Assembly: GCA_051362555.1 (NCBI GenBank)
Contig: CM120640.1
Span: 38,914,788 to 38,978,787 of the forward strand
Direction: 5' to 3'
From: Lingula anatina
Taxonomy: Eukaryota > Animalia > Brachiopoda
DNA length: 64,000 nt
The notes beneath the pieces were generated by a model, which did not search any database, had not been told where the DNA came from, and saw only the letters and a list, made by a program, of their open reading frames with translations. The translations under genes were made by a program, and so were the position numbers. Below are positions 37,169-50,824 of this stretch, in pieces (position 1 is the stretch's first letter; each line of letters begins with the position of its first letter).

Positions 37169-40100
37169 TCAGGCAGGTAGTTCACTAATGGCAAACTTTT
37201 TCTTTAAAATATTACCACAGCTGTCTTCAGCAACTACTGTTACTTCTTCCCCTTCTTTGTGCAAAATTTCAAGCTCATCCTTGTGCAGTTTGAACTCTTT
37301 GGGTGGTGCTTCACTCAGAAACTCCCAGTGGTGAAAGACCACACCATCAGGGACACTACGTAGTTCAATGAGACGAAACCCTGGTTCTGCTTTCAATGTG
37401 CCACTGGAAAAATAAATGGGAGTTATTTTGTTGATGGAGAAAAGTAATTGAAAAAGGAACATTAAAGAATTGAATAAAATATTTTTAAAACTTTTTTGTT
37501 ACTCACATGACATTTTAATACTTTTCTTTGACATGTCATTTTAAAACTTTCATATGTTCTTTTCACCTGCATGCAGGTTTAATACAACAAATAAGGGCTG
37601 TTGCTTACTCCATAAACACAGGTGCTGCTACTAGGTCATTTGGACTGGTATGGTTCAGCCACCTAAAAATTAGACATTTCTAAAAGAGCATTTTTAAATT
37701 CATTTTTCTGCAAAAATAAAATTCAAAAAAATCTTGGAATCCTCAAAAATCTTCTAATATTCATCAACAATCACTCACTTGTGTATATTCATCTATATCT
37801 GTAATTCATGTACTTTTACAAGAAAATAATCATTTTGTTAACTTACCTGTGATAACGAAGCAGTACAGCAGAGGACCTAAACCAGTGGGCTCCATCATCT
37901 GCAAATTTGATTAAAGGTTGCTCCTGAGGCACGGAGTTCCCTGAACCTGTGTTTGATGATGGAAGCTGTGCAGGATGAGCAGCTGTTGGAGTAGTCACTG
38001 TTGAGCTGCTGTTTGAACCAGTCCCTGATGATTTACTAGCTATACTATCTGTAAAATCAAATTAAAACATCCTTTTTAATTTTTAACATTCAGCACTGTT
38101 GTTTTACATTGCTGTTTCTTAGGGACAACATATAACCTTCATTCAGACTTTGATTAAAAGAATCAAAAAGGTTGTCTGATGTTTCAATGAGTATCTTTGT
38201 ACATTAAGGTGGTACTATGTCAGCCAATGCTTTACTTTTCTTTTTTAATGAATATGCCAAACATATGCATTCTTGTGTGAAACTCAACTATGGGCCACAG
38301 CAAACTGTCCACTTACTCTCCCTACTGAGCTGCAGCTGTTTGATTGTGGCCCTCAGGTCTTTCTGAGTATTATGTAAAGCCGCAGACTGGTCAGCAACAA
38401 CCTGAGAATTTACAGTGCCATCATAATTTTGTATCTTAACAACCTGAGTAACATGAAGTGGTCTAAACTGTGCCTCTATATGCACCACGGAGGGGGACTC
38501 TTTTGGTCTTGATGCTGTAGCCTAAAAATAAAAAGGACATGAGAACTGTTTCAGTGACATTTTTTTAGTCATAATTTACAACAGAAAACTTTATAGCAGG
38601 TACTTCACAACAAATATTTTAAAGCACATTCTTCTGAATAATGAGAGTTTATTTATTGAGAACTTATAAATGTCATATTTATCACAAGTCAAACCAGCTT
38701 ACATTACTATAAAACAGTTTAAATTTCAAGATGTAAACCAAATGTGAATAAGCCTTACATACCTGTGTTTCAAATATTGTTTGTGCATGTTTGTTATCAC
38801 CGAATGTAATTTGAGGGACTGGTCTGGCTCCTCTTAGAGTAAAAACCTTATTTAGATCATCAAAGCCTCGTCCCATTATTCCAGTATTGGTGTGAGCTAG
38901 ATCAAATGTGTGTCCTAATTCATGCAAGGAAGCCCCAAGTCCAGTGGCATAATTTGCCCAGTAGAATCCCCTTTTAACGAAAAAAAAAAAAAACTCATCA
39001 CTATATCAAAATGTTGAAAAGATCTGTTATCTTACCAGAATGTAGAAGTTATACAGTTTGTAACATATCATGTGATTTTAAAAACTCATAAAATTTTGGA
39101 AGTACTAATACAAGACAACATTTACTGTGCAACAATGCAATAAAAAGCTTACTTCAGCATTTTTAATATCCAAAATCCCACCTGTATGCACTGTCATCCA
39201 TCAGAAGTGTCCTGTCAATTTTCCTGGAGTCTGTAAAATGACTCACAACTTGATCCAAACTCTCTGCCCAGGTGTGCAAATTGCCTGTCCCAAATAAAGC
39301 CAAGCCACCCCCACCTATGTGTAAATGTTAAATAAAATGCTTATCAAGAAAAATAATAAATAGATTCTTCTCATGGGTGATGTAGGAAATAGTGCCTTCC
39401 TGTAGAGGACAGTTCCTATACTTAGTAGAAAATGACCATCCTTGTAAAAACAAGATTGGTCATATTTGACAAAAATTCACTTCAATACTATAATGATCTT
39501 TAGATTAAAATTGAAAATATAACATACTCCTCGTGGGAACTTTTTGACATTATATGAAACATGCAAAAGGTGACTACTTCCAACACTGTGAAATAATTAA
39601 TAATAAATATGCTATCAATAATCAAAACTGGTGCAAATTATTGTGATGACAATAAGAAAGACTGACAAAAAAGACACACACCTAGTGCACAATGACCTCT
39701 CGTGTGCTGTAGAACTTCAGCATGCGTCTTTGGAATGGACCCATCCCTTGGAGGGTTGTACCTGGTGAAGGACATGAAGGCATACCACTTACAGTTCTCT
39801 TTATTAGGGAAGTCTGTCGTCATGAGCTCTTTGGCAAAGTGCTGCCACAGCTCTCCTCCCTCCTTGCTCTGAGCCTCTCTGAGAGTCAAACTGGTGGTGA
39901 CAACATGGCAGACTACCTGACCCTTGGAATCAGTTTCTAGTTGGAATGTTCTGCGCCCTAGGCTGTGTTCATATAGTTTTTCAGCAGTGAAAGTCTGAAT
40001 GAGTTGGGCACCAAGTATGATGCGTTTTTGAGCACTCTCTGGTGAGTTGTCTTCTCCCTGTGGACCTTGAAAGCAGCCATTGTCGTCACAGCACCTGATA

Positions 40101-40798
40101 TAAATTGGCCGAACAAACTTTGCAAAGTTTGGGCACTTGTAGATGAGAGTATAACTTAAGGTATCTTGGTTGGTGCATGACTTGAATTTAATTTTATTTA
40201 TTCCCTCTTGTAACTGGACCAAGGCTTTGAACTGACCCCCCAAAACTGGCCAGGAGATAATTTTACCTGTAAAGAAGACAGTGGTGATCAGTAAAGCAAA
40301 ATCAAAGTAGTATTTCAGGCCCGCAGCCAGCAGTTTCAAAAAAGGTGGGGGGGGGGGATCTTTTTCTGAAAAATTGGACCTTTTACCACAAAACCTTCTT
40401 ATACTTAGATCATCAAATTGTACCGAGAGGGGACCTTTTCCCAGCAAAAAGAGCAATTCATTCTACCCCCCCCCCCCCCCCCCCCCCTTGAACATTCCTG
40501 GCTTTGACCTGTATTCTGCATAACCAGTGATTAATTTTTCATAAAATAAGTATTTCCTAAAACCTTTTATATGTTTGTAATTCACTGTTGTTTGAAAATG
40601 TGTACATCTTTATTATATATATCATCAACCGAAAGCATTCTTATATTTTCTCCCTGGCCTACCCTGTGTAGTTTCATTCCACACATCAATTGACGTGTCG
40701 GATATGTGAGGTTGTTCTTGTTGTACTTCTCCAATAAGAAGAGGTAGAGCATAAGAGATACTTTCTCCATCTGTGAGATTGCACACTCTGATAGGCAT
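37169..40798 (-). CDS. Putative zinc metallopeptidase, YIL108W / SPAC607.06c-like (Metallopep family)
   Basis: ATG at 40798 (MPIRVCNLTDGESISYALPLLIGEV), about 8 coding exons. Motifs FKALVQLQEGINKI, GCFQGP, LIQTFTAEKL, GRRTFQLE, RGHCALGGGGLALFGTGNLHTW, NYATGLGASLHELGHTFDLAHTNTGIMGRGFDDL (HExxHxxxxxH plus Met), and GAHWFRSSAVLLRYHR. Confidence 0.85.
40316..40511. mobile_element. Degenerate MITE-like element with internal G and C runs (intronic)
   Basis: Ends CAGGCCCGCAGCCAG and CTGGCTTTGACCTG are imperfectly inverted. There is a G-run near the left end and a C-run near the right end. TSD unclear. Confidence 0.4.
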
Positions 40799-42810
40799 TA
40801 CTCTTCTGCAGTCAGACAGATCTCCTGCAGTGAAGAAAAGACCAAATGCATTGGGTATCTGTTCTTGTAATAGAGGGCCACGTTATCTAACATGCTCAAT
40901 TTGATAAAGAAACAAGAAAAATCAATACAACAGATAAGTCAATGTGTTCTTAAGAACCAGATTTTTTGCATTTTGGCAATCATAAATATGGAGTGAAGGA
41001 AACAGAAAGAAATGCCTTATTGTAATATACATTGTCCATGAGGAATAAAACAGAATTGTTGAATAAGTTTAACTTCTGTAGTTCTGTATTCCAAATGCAT
41101 AATATTCATAAAATCAAGACTTACCTCAGAATTGCAAACATGCCATTATCACATGTCACAGCAGAGCACTACATGGTATGACTCTCCACAATTGTCTTCA
41201 TGCAGGAATTGTAACCTGAACAGAAATTATACAGGGATAAAACTGGATACTTTATATACAATGAATCAGGAAAGAGCAAATGCTCTGAACTTGAAAGCTT
41301 ATCGCTGCTTGCAATGTTCATTTACTAGGTGAAACATTTTCATACCCAATTTCCATAATAGTGGTAACCATAATCATTCAGCACATATGTAGTAACATCC
41401 ATTATTTATATGTACATGCAGAGTACATGCCCTAGCATTCTTGATTGACAGAACATTTAAATGAGGCCTAAAATAACGTATAACTGATGGAAAAACACCA
41501 ATCAATACATTTCTTATATTGATAAACCATATCAATCATATACATGTACATATATTTAAAAGTGTAAGCAGGCTAGGTTATTCAACACTGGACAATATTG
41601 ATTCTTGATGTTATTCCTGCATATATGGCTTCAGCAATATTTATCCAGAGAAGAAAAACAGATTACACAAAGCACCAATTAAGGCATCAATAAGCTGCGA
41701 TTGTGCCTGGTTCAAATAAACATTGTGATTTTATAGACGACTAATGGCATTACTGCCATAATAATATCCAGAAAAAACTAGCTGTTCCTTCAGGATTCGT
41801 ATAGTAATTCCCTAAAAGCTGCATAAACTGGCAATGCCAATATTAACCCAAGTCCTCTTTAGGCTCTGGACTTCTACCTCCGTTATCACTCAGTAAGATC
41901 TAGATTTTTTTCAGACTGATCGCCGAGTTACCCACGGTGCACACTTGTACAACGTTAATACTGCAGAGTACGTAAAGAAATGACTGAAGGGTGGTGCTCG
42001 TTCATCCCAGGTCATGAGTCAACAACGATGGGACCAAAAGCATGATTTCAGGTTTTCGTGATATTGACGCAAATAAAGAACGATTCTAAAATGGCATTGT
42101 TGTAATTGAAGCCATTCAATCAAATTACTCACCCTCTTGCTGGCGACTGGAATGCTGATTCACGACTTGCACTTTTGTTTTACCCACTCCCTGAAGGTGT
42201 CACTCACTTCGTCAAGACAAGCCCCTCATTATTAGAACCAAGTGCATACATTCTATATAACGTTCATGATTTAACCATATTAGGCACTTATTACAAAAGG
42301 CGGCTAGTTCAGCATTAAATTACCTGCGATTTTATTTTGTGGTGTTTTCAAAGTGATATACATTATTTCATATATTGTTACTGAAAGAGTAAAATATATA
42401 AACTCATCTGGACTTTGTTTAAAATGCACATAGCTATCATTGAAACCGTGTTGCTCAGGACAAACGGGCTTTTTAATATTAGAACGCAGAAGTCAATATG
42501 GCATTTCACTATGTAACCAGGTTAAAAAAAGGCTGATAGAAAGAATAGTGAGTAAGTATTTGGGTAATACATTGACAATTATGAAAAGAGATCAAATACC
42601 AAGAAAAAATAAGGAGATTGCTTACAAATTATCATTTTTATTAAAAACTACATTTCAAAGTATGCAACATATGAAATGCTTCAAAAGCCATTAATCTCTA
42701 GTCATATACTTTCATGAAGACTAGAGTATGCATTAAATGCATGGTGCACCAAGTACACTGAAACATATCTCCATTCCCACACTGCTTTTACTGCTTGGTT
42801 TATTTATAGA

Positions 42811-45800
42811 CTAGAAGAATTCCGAAGCCCTGGGTCTTTTAGGTAAATTCAGTAAATTGTCTGTCAAGGACGCTGCATTGGAGTCTCTCTTGGGAGTTGA
42901 TTTTGGAGTTTGTGGCGAGGCCCCCACCTTGGGTGTTCCACCAGTTTTTGGAGTCCTGTTAGGAGTTATACTTAATGGGGTTTTATCCCCAGGCAGTCTA
43001 TGGCTAGGTGAGGGAGTGTAACTTGCTCTGAGAGCTTTATCTGTGTGAGTTCTTATTCCAAGCTTTGCGCTAGCTAGTCTCTGTGCTGCTGGTGACATTG
43101 TGTTTATCCTGTCTGTCACTGAACCTGTTCTCAGTGATGGACTGGCAAAGTTTGCAGTCATCCTTTTCAATGTCTCCTCCTTTTTAGACCTGTGTGCCTT
43201 GCTGGCTTTCTCCGCAAGTTCCAGTGCTATTCGGTCTCTATTGGGAATGTCTGGAATCTGGATAAAAAGAACACTTTTACAACATGTTGTAATACTCAAC
43301 TTACATAGATATGTACATGCAGACATGTAAATATTTTTATAAATAAATCTTGGAGTTCTTATTGAGAACTTCTCAATGATAATGTACCACTTAGTAACAC
43401 ATCCAAAGATTTGTAGTCCTGTGCAAAAAGGAATTTTAATATTTAACTTATTAACTGACAATTCTATATTTGCTTTTAAAAGTAAAATTAAATTTTTTGG
43501 TATTCTTACTTTAAAACTTGGACCAGCCGATTTCTGATATGGAGTATCACTGCCGTCAAGTCTAAATGGAGTCCCTTCAATTTCACCCCAAGTCATCAAT
43601 GGAGACTCATCTACACCTGAAGCGTCACAAACATACATTGGAGATCATTAAAATCTCTTCTTTTCTTACATGAAAAGTTTAAACAAAATTTGTGAAACAA
43701 AAATGGAAATATCTTCCTTAAAGATGCAAGTTGTCCTGTAATTTTATTCAATATTCTAATATCATGAAAAATACAAATAACAAGCCAAAAATGGCTATTA
43801 AAACATTCATACTCTTACTTACCTGGTTTAGGTGAGGGTGTGGCCATAAAGCCATACCCATTCACCCTGGGAGACTCTACAGGAAGCACCTCTTTGCCAT
43901 CGGGGCCAATTTTTCCCTGTTTAGCAAAAGCCTGCATAGAGGCTGCATGTTGGATTGCTTGCTTGCTCTTGTCATTGTTGAAAGGGTTGAGTTTAAATCT
44001 GGTATTGTGATGCATAATTTCACGAGGCTGCTTCTTTTCGAGTTTTTCTGCTAGCGATTCTGGGGCACCTAGTAAGTGAACAATATTTCAGGGCATACAT
44101 TTTTTAAATGAAGAAAAAACCTGTTCTCTTCTTTAATTTAACACTTGAAAGTCCACATAAAATATTCCAAAAAGGTGTCCACTGAACTGACAGCAGGAAG
44201 AAACAGTACCCTCAAGATACTGACAGATAGCAGTGAAGATGCTACAGTATGTTGTGTAACCTTGACAAAATTTAAGAAAAGTCAAAATAAAGTTTCTTAA
44301 ACACATTTTTGTTAGAACAAAATGCTGAATATATTGACATATATTGGTTTTTAAACTTACCTTCTGGCACATACATCAGCTTGTTTCTTGCCTCATAATT
44401 CCATGTTTGCAGTTCTTTTGGAGGAGCAGCTTCTATAGCCATCTGTCCCTCCACACCAGGGAGGGCCAAATTGGCTTCCATCTCCTGTAAGGTATTGCAT
44501 GACTCATTATATTTCAGATTTCTTTTTTTTAAGGCAATTAAATTAATCATTCTTAAATCAAGTACTGTGGCCAAGAAAAATACAAATTTTATATTTCAGA
44601 TGAATGAACAGAAGACTACGTAACCCTGGTTTAACAATTTATTTAATTGTACCCACTAAACTTACCTTATGTTGCTTGTTCTCTGCTTCATACAACCATT
44701 CATGTTTTGCCCTTTGCTTCTTCTTGTTTTCTTCTAGAATCTCAGCAAATGCAGCATTATCTTCACTTGTATTTCTGGCAAGGTATTTATCTAAAGTCAC
44801 ATCTGTTGGGTTTTTGGCTTTAAAGAAGGGAAATAAATAGTAGGTCACTGGTTGATTCCTTTAATTCAAAACAATACAGAGACAATCAAACTTAATTCAA
44901 TATATAAGGTCTTAGATTAACTAAATTTATTGTATCAAAATACATGCATCTATAAAATTGTAAAACTGTCTGACATGTTCCCTTCTTACTTTTGGTAGAT
45001 TTCTTTTCACTCTGTGGGTGATCTGATTCCTTGTTTGCTTCAGTTGAGTCTTTTTCTTTTGAGGGTGAGCCAATTCTTCTTGTCTCTGGAGTCTCAAATG
45101 TTGCAGGAGTGTCATCTAAAAATTTATTGTTAAAAAGCTAATATTTCAATCAACAAATCACATCTTCAGGCAGGACCAGTTTGGACCAACAAACCTTTAG
45201 CCAAATGGACTTTGATAATTGCTCCGAGTGCTTTCACACTGTTCATAATACATATCATACTTTTTTGATACTTTAGAAGCTTTAGACCAATGTGCCCTCA
45301 AATCTGTGAATCTTTAGATATTTCAGGACTTAACAACTCAAATCACAATGATCCCCCCTCATACAAATATGTCAGCAATCAATTGGTTGACACATTTTAC
45401 ATACCATAAATAACAGAAACTTACAAATGGATGGAGTTTTTGTTGTCCCACGTTTAGGTCCATACTTTATGTGAAGCAATCGCAGTTTTTCAGTGTCATT
45501 CTTTTCCAATGCAGTAAGATATTCTTGTTGAGCTCTCATTTGGGGTAAATCTGGGAAGAAGTCTCGGACAATGATTTTCTCAACTTCCTAAAATATCAAT
45601 CTTACATTCAGAATACTGTGATTTACAATATTCAAACACTTAACTGAAATGAGACCAGTGATTCAACTTGATGATTTGTGTGAAATTCGACAACTATCAT
45701 CATACTAGTAGGTCTTTCAGAGAGGGCTGGGAAATAATCATTCTGCCTCAATGTTCTTGATCATTTAAGATACAGACCTTCAGGTGTGTTTTTCTGCAAT

Positions 45801-46180
45801 ACTTGTAGGTTATGGCAGATAATTTTATAACTCCTCTACGTGATAATACATGTACTGTAGCTAAAAATAAGGTTCCATAAAGATGATAGAGATCTGACAC
45901 TGCATAAATAAACTAGTGCAGGGATACATAGATATACAGGGGATGTACATACACAAAAATTATACACACAAATACAATTTCATTCTATTATCTACCAAAA
46001 GAAGAGTCTATATCTAAATACCATGAAGTTGGTGAAGATAAACTTCCTAATTTCTAATTTGCTTACCTCGACATAAGTCTCCTCATCTTTCACCTTTTTG
46101 GGGGTTGGTTCTTTTGTTATTACCGTTTTTGAGTCTTTGGCGGATATGAGGGCTTTCTCCCCAACAACGTATAAAGCCAT
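42811..46180 (-). CDS. ESS2: Splicing factor ESS-2 homolog (DGCR14/ES2), about 8 exons
   Basis: Contains DEETYVEEVEKIIVRDFFPDL, TLDKYLARNTSEDNAAFAEI, TWNYEARNKLMYVPEG, SPRVNGYGFMATPSPKPGVDESPLMTWGEIEGTPFRLD, MSPAAQRL, DKALRASYTPSP and LTDNLLNLPKRPRASEFF*. Confidence 0.97.
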
Positions 46181-46732
46181 GAAAACGGTCTATTTGTCAG
46201 GAGTAAACAATTGCAGTATTTTTGTTCTTTTAATCACTCGACTACGTAAAGAAATCATCGATGGCGTATGCAGGTACTGTATTATCGCTAAAGAGTCTTC
46301 ATAAAAAGAAAGGTGCTTTAGTTAGGATGCAAATGCCATATAAAAAAAATCAAGATTTTAGAGTAAAACAAATATCCTGTCTCTTTCAATCTTTCTTATC
46401 TATAAGTACCAGTGACTGTGGCACACATTTGTTATTACGACAACTTGGTAAGTACCCACGTGAGGCTTACTCGTTGGATTCTTTGTAAACAAATTGATTA
46501 AGTTGGTGGAAGTTGTCTTTTTCTTTTATACACTTTATGTAGATCAGCTATTTTACAAGTTATTACGATCCTTCACAAACTATTTTACATAAGTAAGGTG
46601 ACATAGACTTTTTAAGACGGGTAATTAAAGGTGAAAACTTATGGCATTTCCCATGTTTGATTCAACAACGCAATTATAAAATGGGATCGTGATAAAAAAT
46701 AGAACAATCTACATGTATATGTATGATGTACC

Positions 46733-49700
46733 ATGTCAGATGTAAGTATTTTTAACCTAAACGCAAATTTTGATTAAAAAGGTTAAAAATGTCAATCTGG
46801 ATATTAACAAATTAAAATGCTATCAATCTAGGACTAAAAGGAATAGAACTTTTTGCCGCCAGTTTTTATTTTCCCATTGAATCTTTGGGGGCGTCTCGAT
46901 AGTCCGAAGGTTCATTGGTCCGAAAAGTGGTAACATTTTCATAGATTTTTTAATCAAGGGTTCATTGGTCCGAAGGTTCTATAGCGAACATTTGGACCAA
47001 TGAACCTTCGGACTATTGAACCTTCGGACTATCGCTACGGCCCCGATTCTTTAAGTACATTTTAACATTTCTGACTTTATATGACTAAGAGACAATATTT
47101 ATTAATTGCATTCTTAAAGATATAATTTAACGTTTCTGAGTTAATTTAAGTAAAATACAATATTTATATATTGCACTCAAGTATTTGTCATTTTCAGACA
47201 AGCACTACCATCCCAGCTGTTGCTGCTGATCCTGTTCTCCCTACAGCCGCTATTGTGTGTATTGCCATTGGTGGATATCTCCTCATTGTTATTATAATAT
47301 TAATGGTCAGACAATGTTTGCTGGTATGTACAGTTTTTGCATTAAAAATCATGTCAGCTATTTCATAGAGAAAGCCCCTGCCACAGCTTCTGCTTAAGTA
47401 TTAAGTATTGAAATGTGGGCTTAATTTAGACTGTCATGTAAAATGAAATTGTTATAATGTGTATTGCATACTGTGTACTAAATCATTTGAAAAATAAACA
47501 GATACCCAATATGTTATATGCTGGATCCATAAAAAAAGATGTCAGCAAGTATAATATTAGGAATTACTACCTGCATTATAATTAAATCAATACCCTAGCC
47601 TAGTCTTCATGTGATCTTAGTTTTGTACAATCTAGTAAAGACAATGTAGCCAACATTAATGGTTCATTTTGGCAAAGCATGTTTGAAAGTGTTAATAAAA
47701 GGTAAATTATAATTTTCAAAGAGCATGACAATTTTACCTTTTTAATCGTTACACAAAAGCCAGTGACAATCTTACTTCACCATGCTTTATATAAATGCAA
47801 AAACTTTACATCTACTGTAGATGATAACAGCAGTTATTATTCATGTTTTTTCTTCTAGTCCAGAGGTATCTGTGGTGAGTGTAATTGTTGTGGGAAGGAA
47901 GGGGAGCCACAGTGCTGTGAATGCTGGATTGGATTTGCTGAATGCTGCAACTGTTGTCGATCACCCAACATTGAGTCATGTTTGGATTCGGTGTGCCCTC
48001 AGAGAAGGGTCAGTGGGTTTTTTTTATTCCTTCATGTTCCAATTTATTAAAATGGTTGGTAGTCTTGTATTGAAAGCATTTCAAGAATTTGTTTAGATTA
48101 AGAAATGTCACTCTAAAAGCTTCTTCTCACACTGCAATTTTTTTTGTAACCGAGTGTTAGTCATGTCTTAATTAAGGCAAATATTTGTGATGTTTATCCT
48201 GTAAATTTTTATTATCAACTTTTTTACATTCAGAAATGCTGTCAGGTAATAAACACCCATTATGCTTCACAGTTAAATGCAGCTATTCATTGATATATTC
48301 ATTCGCTGTTAGTCATTATTGGTTGCATTGATGTAAATTTTTGATTGGGTTTCGTTTTTGATATTAATTTACATTGCTCATTACAAAGCATGTAATCATT
48401 AGTTTAAAATTAATATTTTTCCTTTTTTGCTTATTCACAAAACCTCACAAGAGTTATTATTTGTTAATTGAAAAATAAAAATAAAAAATGACCATTTTGT
48501 TAACATTGCATACATTATGTTATTTATCCACTTAAACTGTTCTTTTACTAAGAAATATTATTTTGAAAATGAAACACCACTGTTAATTTTTCTTCTCACT
48601 TATGGTGCAAATTTTTTTTCTTTTTTGCATACAAAGACTAGCTTTATACAAAATTGTTAGACACACTACAAAATTTTCTTTATATATCCCTGTTGCATGT
48701 TCAATTTTTCTGCTTCATGCAATTTCCTGTAAAATTGTAGCTCCCAAACAGCATCACCAGTATTAGGTGAACATTCATACAAATGTTGCATATAATATAA
48801 TTGTTCATACATATTGTTCAAACAAATGTTGCATATAATAAATACAAGTATAATCTTAATAAAAAGAATCCTGTTGTAAGCATGCATGCAGCATTTGGAA
48901 CCAGTAGATTTTTCATTTGTTTGTTGCAATTGATAAAATGAAATCATTGAATGAGAAAATTACATTTTTAATAAGAAAATGAGATTAGTAAATTTGCATG
49001 TACAATGTGTATTTGAAAAAAAATCACATTTGTATATGGGCACATGTGCAAACATATGATACATTCTACCTTATATGTCTAGCCTCAAGTTGGCATAATT
49101 TTTCAATGTGTGTTATGTTTAAAAAATCATTTCAGAGCATGGACTTTGCTGATATTGTGACATGTCAGTGCTGTGGTGAAGGAGGATGCTGCGGTGAAAA
49201 TGAACAATGTTGTGATGTAAGTAGAGAGTCTTAATAATAATAATATACAATTTACACAAAAATAAAACAAAAATATATTGTTAGTTCTGTCACACTATTC
49301 AGTAGAATAATATTGCTAACAATGTTTTATTACATGCTCAGTCATTGATTATCTGAAAAAAGAAGACACACTTGCACATGTAACAGTTTTTAATATTTAA
49401 AGAGTTTTTAGACTTACTTTAAACTCTGATTGCAATTGCCAAATTTATCCACACATTTGTATATTGTTGTGTGTGACAGCATGTACATGTCTGATACCAA
49501 CTGATTTGGTTGTAGGAAAAGGATGTCTTTTAAATAATTTTCTTTACAGAATATCCCATTGATTTTGATTTTATGTAATTTTCTATGTAGTGCAGTAGCC
49601 ATAACTGTACCTGTGGCTGTCAACCACCAGAATGTGACAGTTGCAGTTTTTGCTGCTTTGAGATAAGCCTCAAACAGCAGCCTGCTCAACCTGTTGCTAC

Positions 49701-50824
49701 AGCCCAGCCACAGCATACTACCATGGTGCCCCAGCACCACGCTGGTCTGTCTTGGCATGCGCCACCTAGTGTGGCATCTCATTATCCACTTGCTGCAACA
49801 CCATCTGCCCAGCATTCGTAACCAGTAGCCCACTAATAAATGATGGTAAACCAGCCTGGCATGCATGCTCACAGCTTGGGGAATTTGAATATTTAATCTG
49901 CTTTGTATTTTTTTCCTAATTATTTGATTTTGTCTATTTTAGTTACTGGGAATCACAATCAACACCCACAGAGATCAAGGCATTGAATACTTAGCATGTT
50001 ATATTTGTATTGGTATAATTTGCAAGAGCATGACAGGGGTTGGGATGGTAGTGCATGAGAAATTGAGGGATTTGCCAGCATGATATGCATGTATAAATTT
50101 CATCAATTGATTTGGCTTACATCCTAGATTTTGTTTGCAGGTATTTGTTTCCATAAAAATCAGAAGATGTCAGTGTTGATTTAACATTTGGAACCGTTTG
50201 CTTTCACCATTTTTAAACCTTAAATTTCAGTTTTAATCAAACACTTTTAGTATGGGAGCACGGTAACTGGAACAGCAGTTTGATTATTTTACTTGCATAG
50301 CAGTATAAAGGCTACAAAATTATTTGCTGAAACATTTTGTAGGAACAATATGTATAAAAGAAAATAAGTTTATCAGAATGTGTTATGTAGCATTTTATAT
50401 GAAGTTTTCTCCATCTAGAATAATTGGCAAAGATATTTAGTTTTCCTCATTGTTTTTGTTCTTGTTTAACCACTAGGTGGTGTGGTCAAAATTTAAATGT
50501 CTTAGCCAATTTGTTTGGTTGGAAAAAAATTAACCTTTAATACGACTAAAAATGTATATATAATATTTTCCACAGCATAAAAGTAGCATTTCCTCGCTTA
50601 TTTTGAATACCTTAAAGATATTCCTTCATATGCATTCTTTTCTTTTCCAGATTTACTTGAAGTTTACAAACAGTTCTGAATCTTATTAAATGAGTTAACA
50701 TGAATATAACTATTTTCAGTGTGGAAACTGTGGCTGCAACTGCAATTGTAACTGCGATGAATTGAACTGCTTATGCTGTCAGATCAGTCTCAAAGATGCA
50801 GCTCCACCACTAGATGATGACTAA
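46733..50824 (+). CDS. Uncharacterised single-pass membrane protein with Cys-rich tail; two alternative last exons
   Basis: Phase-0 exons 47198-47323 (hydrophobic segment PTAAIVCIAIGGYLLIVIIILMV), 47859-48008 and 49136-49216, then either 49591-49821 or 50720-50824, all with canonical splice sites. Candidate start exon ATGTCAGAT|GTAAGT at 46733-46741 is less certain. Confidence 0.8.
46887..47044. mobile_element. 158-bp MITE with subterminal repeats and 8-bp TSD
   Basis: TIR GGGGGCGTCTCGATAGTCCGAAGG versus GGGGCCGTAGCGATAGTCCGAAGG (reverse complement of the right end). Internal GGTTCATTGGTCCGAA-type repeats occur in both orientations. Flanks GAATCTTT / GATTCTTT. Confidence 0.8.

Noticed and set aside
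41930-42170. MRE-like TGCACAC, AP-1 TGAGTCA and ARE-like TGCTGATTCA near the metallopeptidase 5' end
   Set aside because: Short motifs expected by chance. No clustering or conservation evidence is available here.
49414-49872. 152-aa minus-strand ORF
   Set aside because: Antisense to alternative last exon A of the Cys-rich gene, which has proper splice signals on the + strand.
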